A DNA stretch of 64,000 nt from a virus: positions 1 to 64,000 of IMG/VR virus record IMGVR_UViG_3300037011_001068. One strand, given 5' to 3'. The position numbers and the translations under genes are program-made. Of this stretch, positions 9,718-21,300 are shown piece after piece. Positions within the stretch are counted from its first letter, which is position 1. Each line of letters opens with the position of its first letter. The notes beneath the pieces were generated by a model. The model made no database searches. It saw only the letters and a list, made by a program, of their open reading frames with translations, and was not told where the DNA came from.

Positions 9718-10803
9718 ATGAGCTCATTCGTGTCGAAAAAAATAGGACCTGGGTCTCGCCTACAAGCGGGGATTCCCAAGTCCTACCGAAGCAAGGCAGG
9801 AAAAGCGGCAGGAGGGCTACTCCTACGTGGAGTAGTCACAGCGACCTATGTATCCGATGAGGGGGGGCATCCACAAGCAGAAAATTCGATCTGTCCTCCG
9901 GTAGCGGTTTACTGCGACGTTCTTGTCTACTCCAATCTTCCGGGGCTTCGTTGGTTTGGGCTTACCCAGGTTCTCGTCGCGCAAGAACGGTCAGGCCTCC
10001 ATGATGGAACGATCTGGAAGCCTCGAGCGGCGACCGTGGATTTCACGGGAACGATTGACCCAGAGGGAGGCACCAATCCCGCGTACATCGACGGGGACCA
10101 CGTTCTCGTGGGGTTTATCGATGATTGTTTGGATCTTCCGGTGATCCTCCGGGCCATACCGCACCCAGCGCAGGACCTCGGACAGGAAAGCCAGGAGCTC
10201 GGGCATCGAACCAAGCTCAAGCTCGCCGATGGGAACCCACTTTTCTTCCGGCAGCACGGTTCTTTTTTCGGGCTCAATACCGAGGGGGGTTTTTCGGTGG
10301 ACACAACCCGGGCCCATGATGGGAAACTCGGAAGTGACGGAAAAGAACCTGCGGCACCTACGGACGGAAAGGGGGGACAGGTGTTCAGTCTTCCGCAAGA
10401 TGCCACTTTCCGAGTGATGCTCCTCGACATGGTAGACCCGGAAAACCCAGTGGAGGTCTCCTCCTTTACCCTCTCGAAAATTGGAATCGAGGAGGTAGTG
10501 GCTGATGCTGCGGCCAGCCGTAAATGGGAGCTCGCAGGCGGAGACACTCTCCTTATTCAGGGGGCGGATAGTGAGGCAGCGCTCAAGCTGGGGGATGGGG
10601 CAAAGCATGTCGCTCTGGCAGAGGCTCTCCAGAGCCTTTATGGAAGCCTCAAGATCGCTTTGGAACTTTGGGGTGGAGTAGGGGGACACACGCACCTTTG
10701 CACGGGCCCAGGGAGCCCTTCTGGCCCCCCAGTGCCTACTCTAGCAGCTCCCTCCTGGGATGCTGGGGTTGCCTCTCAGAAATTGACCGTCCCGGCCAAT
10801 TGA
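9718..10803 (+). CDS. baseplate central spike (gpV/gp138-like)
   Basis: OB-fold-type GDHVLVGFID...PVI segment; C-terminal HTH (His-x-His) metal-binding tip followed by GPGSPSGPP. Confidence 0.7.
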   Translation: MSSFVSKKIGPGSRLQAGIPKSYRSKAGKAAGGLLLRGVVTATYVSDEGGHPQAENSICPPVAVYCDVLVYSNLPGLRWFGLTQVLVAQERSGLHDGTIWKPRAATVDFTGTIDPEGGTNPAYIDGDHVLVGFIDDCLDLPVILRAIPHPAQDLGQESQELGHRTKLKLADGNPLFFRQHGSFFGLNTEGGFSVDTTRAHDGKLGSDGKEPAAPTDGKGGQVFSLPQDATFRVMLLDMVDPENPVEVSSFTLSKIGIEEVVADAAASRKWELAGGDTLLIQGADSEAALKLGDGAKHVALAEALQSLYGSLKIALELWGGVGGHTHLCTGPGSPSGPPVPTLAAPSWDAGVASQKLTVPAN

Positions 10804-10842
10804 GTGACCGTTGAAGGGTAGCAGACGAGTTTGAGGTGATGC

Positions 10843-12864
10843 ATGGGTACACTGGAAAGAATCCAGGAAAATGCGCGAGAGATTCTCGAGCAAGACAGCA
10901 AATTTCTGGAGAGGAGCCTATTTTTTTTCGAGCTTCGATTGCCTACCCGGTATTCCGTGACCGGGAGCAACCGATTTCTTTTCCCGATCATGCTTCCACC
11001 GAATTCTTATACCCTGGAAGAGCCGTTTTCGCTGGAAGTGACTCGCACCCAAGACGCGGGGCTTTACGTTGAGGAAAACGGGATCATCGAACGGAAAATT
11101 CAACTTCGAGGGCATACCGGTTTTCGACCTCGGTCGCTTACGGTAGCCAAGGGAAGTGGGGTAAATGTAGCGGTTCCGATTCATTCAGTAGAGCAGAGCC
11201 ATTCTCGTACACTTCCGATGACAGTTTATTCCCAGATTTCTGGACAACGCCACTTTCAGTATTTACAGGATTCTGTGTTTCGAGCGTATGGAGACTTGAA
11301 AAAAAATCCGGAGACTGCTAAGGACACGGCACTTATTTTCCACAATACCCATGATCAAGAAGCCTGGTGGGTAGTCCCGGAAACCTTTACGCTCGAGCGG
11401 GATTCCAAAAGTCCTTTCTTGTACCGCTATTCGATAACGCTTCTCGTGGTAGGCGCGGGAGCTCTCCTGAATATCGATTTTTCGGAAGATATTAGTATCT
11501 TTAATAAATTGAAAAATTTTGTGTCAAATATAAAAGAAGCTGTTCAATTAGCGCAGGGGGCATTAAATGATTTAAACGCTCTTTCTAATGAGGTAGGTAA
11601 ATTCGTCCGGAATCTCAGAGATATTATTTTTCAAGTTGGGGATATTTTGGATGGGGCACAGAAATTCGCTGATGGTATTTCACCTATGATTGATATTCCT
11701 CTAGCATCTTTAAAAGCTACTTTGAATCTCATAACCAATGCTGCAGCAAGCATTGAAGCATATATAGAGCATAATGAAGGATCCGCAAAAACTTTTCCGG
11801 ATACCGTAAAACAGAAATTTTATGCTATTGAAGGCGCACTTGAGAATCTTGGAACGAATTCTGCAGTTTGGGAAACACCTTATGAGACTACCATCCGAAA
11901 GATTCGAGAACAGCAAGAGGGGCGATATCGAAATGAGGTTGCAGGATGGTCTTCCTCTGCTTATGCGTTAGATTCAGCGCAAGTCCAAAAGGACATGGCG
12001 GCTAAGGGGATTGCTCTTAAGCCTGTGAGCACCCTAGAAGATGTTCGGAACCTTGGAACAGCTTACACCCCCGGCGAGCTCACAAGCTTGCAGGGGAAGA
12101 GCGTAGTCGGTCGGGCAACCCCACAATATCGATCCGCGCGATCGGTAACCGTGGCGCAGGGGGATACCTTATCCTCTCTGGCGGCACGCTACCTGGGAGA
12201 CGCGAGGCTTTGGCAGAAGATCGCGATCCTGAATGGTTTGAAGCCCCCATTTCTGGATTATCAGGCTTCTGCTCCACTGGTCGGGTCAGTGCGGATAGCG
12301 AGCGAGATCACGGGTGCTGCTAGTGGAGCAGACGAGGCTCCTTTTATCAACGCTTTGGGCCTCGGTTCGGAAATTCTGATCCCATCCAACATGCTCACTC
12401 CTAATGATTTCCCCCTTCTCCCCGTGCTGGGAGTGCAGTCTGATGAAAGCTCTGAAAACCAGTTTTGCGGAACCGATCTTCTCCTCAAGCCGGTTCAGGA
12501 TGCTACCGCTTCCAGCCGTGTTTTGTACGATGTTCCGATCGAAACTGAGCTAGGGAGCGTGGACGCACAAACGATTTCTGGGGTTCAAAACGTTATTCAA
12601 ATGCTCCAAACAAGGCTCACCACTGAGAGAGGGGCAGATACGCTTTACAAGCAGGTAGGGATCGATCGTGTGGTAGGCCTTGGGTTCAGTGGAATCGATA
12701 TCGAGCTTTTCAAATTTCGGATTGTGGAGGCGGTCATGAAAGACCCTCGAATTGCTGGAGTAAGAAAGCTCGAGGTACTTGAGGAGCTCGATCAAATGCA
12801 GGTTCGGATGGAAATCACGGTACGTGGATTTGCGGAAGCTCGAGTGCTCCGCGTGAATTTGTGA
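10843..12864 (+). CDS. multidomain baseplate protein (tube-initiator-like + LysM + gp25-like)
   Basis: LysM VTVAQGDTLSSLAARYLGDARLWQKIA; C-terminal RLTTERG...DPRIAGV gp25/GPW-like motif. Confidence 0.7.
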   Translation: MGTLERIQENAREILEQDSKFLERSLFFFELRLPTRYSVTGSNRFLFPIMLPPNSYTLEEPFSLEVTRTQDAGLYVEENGIIERKIQLRGHTGFRPRSLTVAKGSGVNVAVPIHSVEQSHSRTLPMTVYSQISGQRHFQYLQDSVFRAYGDLKKNPETAKDTALIFHNTHDQEAWWVVPETFTLERDSKSPFLYRYSITLLVVGAGALLNIDFSEDISIFNKLKNFVSNIKEAVQLAQGALNDLNALSNEVGKFVRNLRDIIFQVGDILDGAQKFADGISPMIDIPLASLKATLNLITNAAASIEAYIEHNEGSAKTFPDTVKQKFYAIEGALENLGTNSAVWETPYETTIRKIREQQEGRYRNEVAGWSSSAYALDSAQVQKDMAAKGIALKPVSTLEDVRNLGTAYTPGELTSLQGKSVVGRATPQYRSARSVTVAQGDTLSSLAARYLGDARLWQKIAILNGLKPPFLDYQASAPLVGSVRIASEITGAASGADEAPFINALGLGSEILIPSNMLTPNDFPLLPVLGVQSDESSENQFCGTDLLLKPVQDATASSRVLYDVPIETELGSVDAQTISGVQNVIQMLQTRLTTERGADTLYKQVGIDRVVGLGFSGIDIELFKFRIVEAVMKDPRIAGVRKLEVLEELDQMQVRMEITVRGFAEARVLRVNL

Positions 12865-12871
12865 GGACAGC

Positions 12872-14284
12872 ATGCCCCGTTTTGGAATCAAAAGGTACGA
12901 GCAAATCCTTTCTCAAATGCTCGCGAAAGTGGTTACGCGGACCGAGCTTTCGGACATCTCAGATACTTCGGTCGTGAAGCATATTCTTGCGGCAGCGGCA
13001 AGGCAGGACGACGAGATCTATTATCAAATGACCCTTCTCCTGGACATGTTCTCGATCGACAAGGCGGCCGGCGAGGACCTCGATGAGAGGGCGAAAGATA
13101 TTCAGCCGGCGCTCATCAGCCGGAATCCGGCGGCGAAGGCCTCCGGGAACTTGGTTTTTTCCCGGGAGACAGTTTCCGGAACCGTGGTGATCCCTGCAGG
13201 AACGAAAGGGAAGACAGCTTCCGGTCAAATATTCACGACCACGGCCGCAGGGTCCATCACCCCCACTTCCCCCGCTATCCTTCCCGGGCATGGGGTTGGC
13301 CAGGATTCGGGTCTTATCTCAGCGCTCGCGGATGTAGCGGGAATAGATGGAAATGTGGTTATGGGGACCATCATTAAATTCGCACAGAAGCCGATAGGTG
13401 TTGACGCGGTGTATAATCCAGATCCTTTTCTTTGGGGTACAGATCGCGAGTCGGATGACTCTTTTCGAGAGCGTTTGAAGCGCTACATTGCAACCTTGGC
13501 CAGGAGTACACCGAGCAGCCTGCAGAACGCAGTTTTAGGAGCTCAAGATCCGGTAACTGGTTCGATTGTTCTCTTCGCTTCAGTGGTGGAGGATCCCGCC
13601 AACCGAGGATACGTGACCGTTTATGTGGACGACGGGACGGGATCCGCAGAAGCTTACGAGGCGATAACTGGGGAAATCCTGACAGAAGCCCTTTCAGGCC
13701 CTCCTCCAGGAGCAGCAGTTGGGGGAGAAGAGGTGCTATTCACCACGAGAAAGCCCATTAAAGGGGATACGCTTTTCACGATTGCGAGCACGATTCGTGG
13801 AATTCTCACGATTGGCTCTGACTTTTTTTTGAACAGAGCGAGTGGGCAAATCAATTTCACCCCTGGGCTCACCGCGGGTGAAATTCTCACGGTGGACTAT
13901 ACGGCCTACACAGGGCTTATCGCGTTTGTCCAGAAAATCGTGGATGGGGATTTGCTGGACCCGATAAATTTTCCAGGGTATCGCGCAGCGGGTATTCTGG
14001 TTTACGTGAGAACCCCCCAGGTACTTACGCAATCAGTGACGGCAACGGTAGTGGTCAAAGACGGATACGACCATTCTGAAGTGCGAGCAAACGTCAAAAA
14101 TTCGATCATGGAGTACATTAATGGTCTTGGAATTTCTGGAGATGTTCTAGTGGCTGAAATCGTGCGAAAAGCTATGACTGTAGCTGGCGTTTATAATTTT
14201 TATTTGATCAGCCCAACTGGTGATATTTATTTGCTGGACGATCAGATCGCACGAATCACGGAAGGGAACATCATCATTAATTGA
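12872..14284 (+). CDS. baseplate wedge protein (BW2/gpJ-like)
   Basis: AAGEDLDERA, GTDRESDDSFRER, GYVTVYV and YRAAGI motifs of Baseplate_J. Confidence 0.88.
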   Translation: MPRFGIKRYEQILSQMLAKVVTRTELSDISDTSVVKHILAAAARQDDEIYYQMTLLLDMFSIDKAAGEDLDERAKDIQPALISRNPAAKASGNLVFSRETVSGTVVIPAGTKGKTASGQIFTTTAAGSITPTSPAILPGHGVGQDSGLISALADVAGIDGNVVMGTIIKFAQKPIGVDAVYNPDPFLWGTDRESDDSFRERLKRYIATLARSTPSSLQNAVLGAQDPVTGSIVLFASVVEDPANRGYVTVYVDDGTGSAEAYEAITGEILTEALSGPPPGAAVGGEEVLFTTRKPIKGDTLFTIASTIRGILTIGSDFFLNRASGQINFTPGLTAGEILTVDYTAYTGLIAFVQKIVDGDLLDPINFPGYRAAGILVYVRTPQVLTQSVTATVVVKDGYDHSEVRANVKNSIMEYINGLGISGDVLVAEIVRKAMTVAGVYNFYLISPTGDIYLLDDQIARITEGNIIIN

Positions 14285-14292
14285 GGTGCTGA

Positions 14293-14682
14293 ATGTCCTT
14301 ATCCATTATGAGCGTATTTCCAGAGACGATTTTTGAGGATGCAGGATACCTCGTAAAAATTACTGGAATTTTCGATATGACCCATCGATACCACGCGCAC
14401 ATTGGAGACACAGGAACGATCTTGGATGCGAAGATGCATTCGGGTTTGGCTGGACAAGGATTTATTTTGTACCCTTGGACTGCTACCATTCTTCGAGGGT
14501 ATACCCCACGGGTGATAAACAGCGCTCCATTGTCAGTATACGTGCAAGATCTTGAAACGCTCGAGGAGGATGTGCTGGCTGGAGCCCTGCAAGCTACCCC
14601 TCGGTGTTTTCATAAATCAGTTTTTGAGCTCCGAAAAGTTCTTCCCTCAAATTATAAAGTCGGTATCCGTGGGCTTGAATAG
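14293..14682 (+). CDS. hypothetical virion protein
   Basis: GAGG SD; in the tail operon. Confidence 0.5.
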   Translation: MSLSIMSVFPETIFEDAGYLVKITGIFDMTHRYHAHIGDTGTILDAKMHSGLAGQGFILYPWTATILRGYTPRVINSAPLSVYVQDLETLEEDVLAGALQATPRCFHKSVFELRKVLPSNYKVGIRGLE

Positions 14683-14696
14683 GAGAATTTCAGGAT

Positions 14697-14912
14697 ATGG
14701 AAATTCAAAATATTACAATTCGCTTCTTGGATATCAGAAAAGATACGCCTCCAGTTACGGTCAATTGCATGGTGAATGACTACCAGATTTTACTCAATTT
14801 GGAGCTCACGCCTGAAGATCTCGCAAAGCCCTTTTATGTAGGAGGGGCTTTTGGAGAATTCATTCCGAATCTGATTGACCGGATCACAGAAGCAGTCCAA
14901 GAAAGGGATTAG
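14697..14912 (+). CDS. small hypothetical protein
   Basis: AGGA SD; contiguous in the operon. Confidence 0.5.
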   Translation: MEIQNITIRFLDIRKDTPPVTVNCMVNDYQILLNLELTPEDLAKPFYVGGAFGEFIPNLIDRITEAVQERD

Positions 14913-14914
14913 TC

Positions 14915-16771
14915 ATGTCCTACTACGGGAAACACGTCGTTGTGAATTCAGCGGTTGATCTCAACAAAAAATTGAAAGATTTTCTTGTCTCCTGTGGATG
15001 GGTACTTGAAGGACCGACAGATACCGAGCCCCATCGAATCGCGCAAGAAGACAAGCATGCTTTTATCTTGGGCTGGTTTTTACGTTCCAATGGGGAGGAC
15101 GGGAAAAAGGATATCCCCATTCACATTGGCTGGCAAACGCTCTCAACAACGACGCGCACTTTCAAGGGAGCCACAGGTTACTTAAGCGCTGAAATCGACG
15201 CTGTAGTAACAACCATCCCACTTTTTACCGCGATTACGGGTGTAGTCTCTGGTGATGTCGTCCAGATTGGCGATGAGTGTATCAGCGTGGGAAGTATTGC
15301 TGGATCTAACCTTGTCAACTGTGTGCGTGGAATATTTAATACCACACCGGCAGCGCATGACTCTGGGGATGTTGTTGCTCGCGGAACAAGTTCTATTCCA
15401 GGTATCACAGTTTATGGGGGACGTGATCTCACAAATCCAGTCCTTTCTTCTAGCGGGACGCCAACCTGGAATTTCACGCAAAATACAAGTACAAACATCA
15501 CATTGAACACCACGAATTTCTTGGCTGCACGAAGCGCTTCAAAAGTGAATTTAGGGGGGCTCGTTCGTTTTCCGGATGGTCGAATGCGTTGGATACTCAC
15601 ACAGACAGCGCCTTCAGATAATGTCATGGCAATTACGTATGATGATTTATTAACAGCACCAGGAGCAGTGAGTGCAACTTTTCTAAGTGCAGGATGGTTT
15701 CCTCATAGCTCACGAAAAATGATAGTGGGGCCTAGTTCTGGTCTTCGATCACCTTGCGTGTATTGCACTATAAGCTCTCCGAGAGATGTTTGGTTTTACG
15801 GTTCTAAAGATGGTGTAGCCATCGTTTTCATGTCCGGGAATGGAGCTTATAGAGTTTTTTACTGGGGTACATATGTTCCATTTGCCAATTCAAATTATAC
15901 AATCGCTAGATCTACTATTGACGGAACTATTGCCAAAGGCGCAACGCAAATCAAGGTAACCGATGTTAGCCTTTTTACGGCAGGTGCTCGTTATGTCATT
16001 TTTTCCCAAAAATATCAAGATTGGTTCAATAACCGAAATTGCTATGCGTCAACCTATATGGGAGCGGCCGGCACGGGGCAATGGGCAGATTTGGATATAG
16101 ATGAGACAGCTTTCGAGCATATTGTGGTTACAGCAGTAAATCCAGAGACAAAGATTCTCACGTTGCAAAATGGTCTTTGTTACAGCTATACGGCAGATCT
16201 TACCACTGGCCCCGTAATCGGGGAAGATCCACGACCCCATTGCGGATATGCTTTTAATAATCAAACAAGTTCACAATATACACAATTTGGAGATACTGCA
16301 GTAAATGCCACGTCTACATGTTTTCATGCAAGCGCACAACCACGGATCGGAACCCACCCTTGTCATAGAACACCCTGGCGTTGCACAACGAGCGTTTTTT
16401 TCAAACCTGATGGTACTGTAGATCCTTGGAATGCTGATTTTGGTCAAAATCTTTTTGCAGTGATGCATCAATCAGGCGGTTCTCTTGGAATCGGGGTTGA
16501 TTATGACAATCGATTCAGCCGAGGGCATCTTTCTCCATTTATAGTCAAAGGGGGTGGAACAGATACTTCATGGTATAAATATGGTGGTGATGTAAATTGT
16601 TATTTTGGACTTATTACACAGGTACGTGACACAGGGAACGCTTGGGGAGGTGTTTCAGAGGATACGGTCAAAGCCATGTGGAACGGACAATTTGAAACTT
16701 TTAGACTCTTTTATTTTGATTGGTCCAATGGTTGGATTGCGATGGGTCCAGAAATCAGTCCGCCAGTTTGA
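14915..16771 (+). CDS. virion/tail-associated beta-rich protein
   Basis: IGDE..V....CVRG..TTPAAH..GDVV module seen in phage structural proteins; Thr/Gly/Ser-rich. Confidence 0.55.
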   Translation: MSYYGKHVVVNSAVDLNKKLKDFLVSCGWVLEGPTDTEPHRIAQEDKHAFILGWFLRSNGEDGKKDIPIHIGWQTLSTTTRTFKGATGYLSAEIDAVVTTIPLFTAITGVVSGDVVQIGDECISVGSIAGSNLVNCVRGIFNTTPAAHDSGDVVARGTSSIPGITVYGGRDLTNPVLSSSGTPTWNFTQNTSTNITLNTTNFLAARSASKVNLGGLVRFPDGRMRWILTQTAPSDNVMAITYDDLLTAPGAVSATFLSAGWFPHSSRKMIVGPSSGLRSPCVYCTISSPRDVWFYGSKDGVAIVFMSGNGAYRVFYWGTYVPFANSNYTIARSTIDGTIAKGATQIKVTDVSLFTAGARYVIFSQKYQDWFNNRNCYASTYMGAAGTGQWADLDIDETAFEHIVVTAVNPETKILTLQNGLCYSYTADLTTGPVIGEDPRPHCGYAFNNQTSSQYTQFGDTAVNATSTCFHASAQPRIGTHPCHRTPWRCTTSVFFKPDGTVDPWNADFGQNLFAVMHQSGGSLGIGVDYDNRFSRGHLSPFIVKGGGTDTSWYKYGGDVNCYFGLITQVRDTGNAWGGVSEDTVKAMWNGQFETFRLFYFDWSNGWIAMGPEISPPV

Positions 16772-16782
16772 GAAAGGGGCTC

Positions 16783-18369
16783 ATGATGCCACGAAAATAC
16801 CCATTGACCTCTGCCTGGTGGGCCCTGAATGGAATCAATGCAAACCTCCGTTTGTTGGGATCCAATGCGCGTGCGCCACTTTTTGATCCAGAGAGCCAAG
16901 CGCACAGTTTTTCCATTTTTGGAATTCTCCTTCCCACGTCAGTAAGTGCAATCGACGCTGGGGTTATCTCGAAATGGAATACCGTAGGGGACAAACGAAG
17001 CTGGCTAGTACGACAGAATTCTGCAAATTTAGAATTCAGTATTTCTCAAGACGGGACAGCAACGCCAGTATCAACAATTGTGAAAAGTGCATGTCTTACT
17101 GCGGGTGTGCGCTCAGCTTTTTGTGCGCGATACGGCTGGATCTCAGACGGCGCTTCCACGTTGGATCTCAATGTCGATGGCGCGGATGCCACGCAAATTG
17201 CCGACGGACATGGGCCAGTTTTTTCTTCCGTGCTCTCGGATATTCTACTCGGGGCTTACGATGACTCCACAGTTAAGCGATTGGGGGGAAATCTTTTCGC
17301 ACTTGCCCTCTGGAATCGCCGTTTGTCCGATGCAGAGCTCGGAAAGCTCATGGGGGAAGAGCTTTCTCTCCAAGACCTCGGCGCTTCCTTCATCATCGAT
17401 TTTCATAAAACGGTCGCTGCAACCTATGCAGCAGAATACCCAGGAGCGAACGAAAGCGGAGTGGTTACCTTTACCGTGGAGGGTTCTCCTACAGCCTACA
17501 GTTTGAATGACGGTTTTCTTTTTGATGGCATCGATGACTACTACAGCCTCGCCGGAACAGATCCGCTTGCTGCTAATTTCGATCCGAATTTGAATGGGAA
17601 TGAGTTTACAATCGTGGGTGAAATAACACCGCTTGTGGCAGTTTCCAGCTTTAAAACCATCTTCGGCAAATTTCTTGCAGCCGCGCGATCCTGGTCTTTT
17701 TATCAAACTGCCTCTTTGGTATTTGGTTTTCAGGTATCCAAAGACGCAAGCGGAAGCGCCTCAACCTCGGTCTCTACTACCAGCGTATCGCTAGGAAATA
17801 AGCAATTTTTCTGTGGACGCTACAAGTATATTGCAGATAACACGAGCCTTCTCGATCTTAGCGTTGATGCAGTTTCGGCAACTTCTGCCATTGCGCGAGG
17901 TCCCGTATATTCATCCACTACCATTCCCGTGCGTATCGGATCGCATGACGCGGCTTTCTGGAACGGGCGAACACACTGGCTGGCTTTTTGGAAGCGACGC
18001 CTTTCCAATGCGGAAATGCTCTCTTTACAGGCAAAAGCGCAAACACCCCAACAACTGGGTTGCTATTTTTATCTGAAATTTCCAGCAAAAGACCCGACTA
18101 CAGCATCAATTAATTCGGATATTCCCTCAGGAGCGGGTGTAATCCCTTTTACAAAGAATGGTGCTCCCGCCTATTACGTTGGAACCGCCTTAGCGTCGGT
18201 TGATAGTGTATGCTCAACGCCTGGTGAAATTACGGATCCTTTGCAGCCAGGGTATTTCAGGGAAATCATGAAAGTGTCATGCTCTTCTTTGAGCAAACAG
18301 GATCGGCCAAGAGAGCTTTCTAAGGAGGTCTCAACCCCTGCAGCATTAATCCAGAAAATGGTGCGTTAA
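16783..18369 (+). CDS. tail-associated protein with two LamG/concanavalin-like domains
   Basis: Internal duplication (RSW..Q...F.(I/V)S.D; FC.RY...D..S.LDL.VD; LA.W.RRLS.AE); FDGIDDY. Confidence 0.7.
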   Translation: MMPRKYPLTSAWWALNGINANLRLLGSNARAPLFDPESQAHSFSIFGILLPTSVSAIDAGVISKWNTVGDKRSWLVRQNSANLEFSISQDGTATPVSTIVKSACLTAGVRSAFCARYGWISDGASTLDLNVDGADATQIADGHGPVFSSVLSDILLGAYDDSTVKRLGGNLFALALWNRRLSDAELGKLMGEELSLQDLGASFIIDFHKTVAATYAAEYPGANESGVVTFTVEGSPTAYSLNDGFLFDGIDDYYSLAGTDPLAANFDPNLNGNEFTIVGEITPLVAVSSFKTIFGKFLAAARSWSFYQTASLVFGFQVSKDASGSASTSVSTTSVSLGNKQFFCGRYKYIADNTSLLDLSVDAVSATSAIARGPVYSSTTIPVRIGSHDAAFWNGRTHWLAFWKRRLSNAEMLSLQAKAQTPQQLGCYFYLKFPAKDPTTASINSDIPSGAGVIPFTKNGAPAYYVGTALASVDSVCSTPGEITDPLQPGYFREIMKVSCSSLSKQDRPRELSKEVSTPAALIQKMVR

Positions 18370-18371
18370 TC

Positions 18372-21300
18372 ATGGTTGCTATTCTCAATCATCCGACCCT
18401 GGCAGATTCGCTTCTCGCGTATTATGCGCTAGAAGGTAGTGTCCTTGATAGCTTTGATTCGCATAATGGAACCGCAGAAAAAACGATCAGCACAAACAAT
18501 TCTGGAGCACTCCGAAAAGCTATCAACCTGGATGGCGCAAGCGCAGCAGCGCAAAATATCGGGGTCTATCAATGCCTAAATTTCGCTGATCTTCTTGCAG
18601 GCTTTGCAAGCTTCTCGATTTCTTTTTGGCATAAGCCTGCAAATGCTGGATACGCTGTTTGCCCTCTGTCTATTGGCGGCTGGACTGGATCTGTGAATCA
18701 CCCAGAGACCCGGCTTTTGCTGGAGCACGCAACAGGGGCGAGCGGTGCGGTCAGTTTGAATTATTTTGGCACGGTGGGCTCGATTGCACTTGGATCTACT
18801 TTTGCGGCAGGATCCTGGCATCATTGGGTGATTACGGTGGGCTATAGCGTGCCTACCGGTCTCACGACGGTCTGCCTATACAAAAACGGTTTCCTCGCGC
18901 AGAGCTCCACGGTCAATATCGGTCTTGCGAAAACATCGACCTTGGCACTTCTCGTAGGAGCGAAGCATTACGGCGTGTCTGAACCTTTTCAGCGGATTAA
19001 TCTCGCAAATGCTGTGATCGATGAAATCGCCATTGCAGGCCGCGCATGGACTTCTGCGGAAGCTTTTGATCTCTGGCATTCCGGAATGCCTTTGCGCTTA
19101 GCTGAAGTGGTAGTTTCAGGCGCGGGGGACATTGAAGACTATATGGACAGCGCGCAGTACGCGCCAGGGTACGTTTATTATCCTGTGACTGATTTTGTAG
19201 CAGAGCCAGGAGCTAGTCAGGGGAGAATTGCTCTTTCTTGGGAAAACCCAATACGGGAAGACTTCCAACGTGTTATGCTCCGACGATCAGATACTTCTTA
19301 TCCGATGGAACCAGACGAAGGAGATCTCGTCTATGAAGGGATCGCAGAAGGTTTAGTTGATCTGGGTTTAGACTGGCATAAAACCTACTACTATTCGCTC
19401 TGGGCTTACGATATTTATGGATCAATCTCTTCGGCAACGAAAAGATCAGCAGTACCCTTCCCAGACATCACCCCCCCGGGGCCCATCGACGATTTTTGCG
19501 CTATTCCTGGGGTGAATAGAATTTTCCTGACCTGGACGAATCCTACTGACGGAGATCTCGCTGGCATCCTAATTCGACGATCGCAGGCTGGTTTTCCACC
19601 AGATCCAGAAAGTGGTGATCTCGTCTATGATGGCTTGGAAGAAGACACCATCGATGAAAATCTTTACAGCACGGATCCCTACTATTACAGCGGATGGGCT
19701 TATGATCCGGACTTCAATTATTCTCCTAGCACGATGGTTGCTGGACAAATCCTGATACCCTTAGAAGTGCAAACGAAACCTACGGGGCTTCTAGAAGCAG
19801 TCACAGGGGCGATCGGAGAAAGTGATTCTGAAATTGCTGGATTCCAACTGACTCGCACCACAGCAATGGTTTCCAAGGGAAGTGCGTTTCTCCCAGTGGA
19901 AACCACGCTTAATTGGCCAGAGAGTGGTGCGCTTGCAATTGATGGGATAAAGTATCGCTACACTTCTAAATCTCTTAGCTCGTTTTTAGGGTTGACTTGC
20001 TTTACAGGGGGAGTGGAAGAAAATGGTACGCTAATTTCTCATCGCGCACAATCAATAGTCATGGATGCTTCGCGTGAGTGGAATGCGATCGAGCAGCTCC
20101 GAAGAGCGCTTTTGGTCGATTACGCGAAAGCAGAGGATTTGAACGTGATCGGTCGAAACCTCGGGGTTCCCCGAATCCCCCTCTACTCGACTGAAGAGCA
20201 ATTTCGCGCGGTGATCAAGGCGACAGCCTACAATCCAAAAGCTACTATGCTTGGAATCAGGCTTGCGCTAGATGCCTTACTTGGGCCCGAAAACTATTCC
20301 CTGTACGAGGATCTTGTTAGCCATCCTTGCACCCTTTATGTTCGGATTGCCGGCATGGAATCCATGCTTCTCTCGGTCGGGAAAACCTACTTTACGTCTC
20401 TCGCGTGGACGGCAATTCAGGGAATCATGACCACCCTCGAGCTCGAAGATGCCCCCCTCAAAGTGGAGGGCGTGCGCCTCAAAAAGATGTCCGAGGTATT
20501 CAATCTGAAAACCGCTATCCCCTCGGCGGTGACCTATGACTACTATCCCGAAGCGCCGGCTCCAGGGAATGCCTTTTCCTATCAGGGGGGGCTCAGTGAG
20601 GGAACGAATGTCCTTTTGACCGCTGGGGAGTATACCACCATCCAGGCGCTCTCCATCGGAACAGTGTTTTACCGGATGGCGGATACCCAGGGCGCGAGGA
20701 TTACCCCTCAGAGCCGTGCGGAGGTCTCCTGGCTTGTTTGCATTCCTACGGGGGCTACCTTGAAGGCAGGGGAGCTCTCCCAGGCTTCCTTGAGCCTCTA
20801 TAACGGTTCTCGCAGCTTGAATATCGGCATGGAGAGCGACCGGACGATCGGGCTCTATGCCAATAACGTGGGGGGATTTCTAGGAGCGACCTTCGGGCCC
20901 CTCGAGCTTGATCGGTTTTACGAGGTGGCTCTGAAGCAGACCCCCAGGGGGCAGGCAGAGCTCTGGGTGGATGGTCGGAAGGTCTCCTCGGTGGGGACGA
21001 ACCTTTTTGACGCCACATCCTTTCATCGGATCGAATTTGGCATTCGAGGGGCTCCTTCTGCGGGAATGCGCCTTCGCGTAAAGCAGGTGGGAGTCTTCTC
21101 TGAAACCATTCTGGATTTCTGGAATTGTAGATTTACAGGAATGGTGGAATCAGTAAATCCAGAAAAAATCACAGCGGAGACGGCGGTATTCGTGACGAGC
21201 GATGTGGGGAAACAGATTGAACTTTCCGGAGCTATAGCGGTGAATCCTTCTGGGGGAACCAATAACGGAATTTTCTGTATTTCTGGATTACTGGGTGTCG

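Noticed and set aside
2025-14284. Bacterial contractile injection system (eCIS or tailocin)
   Set aside because: Contiguous with neck genes, a phage replisome and an early region; no bacterial housekeeping context
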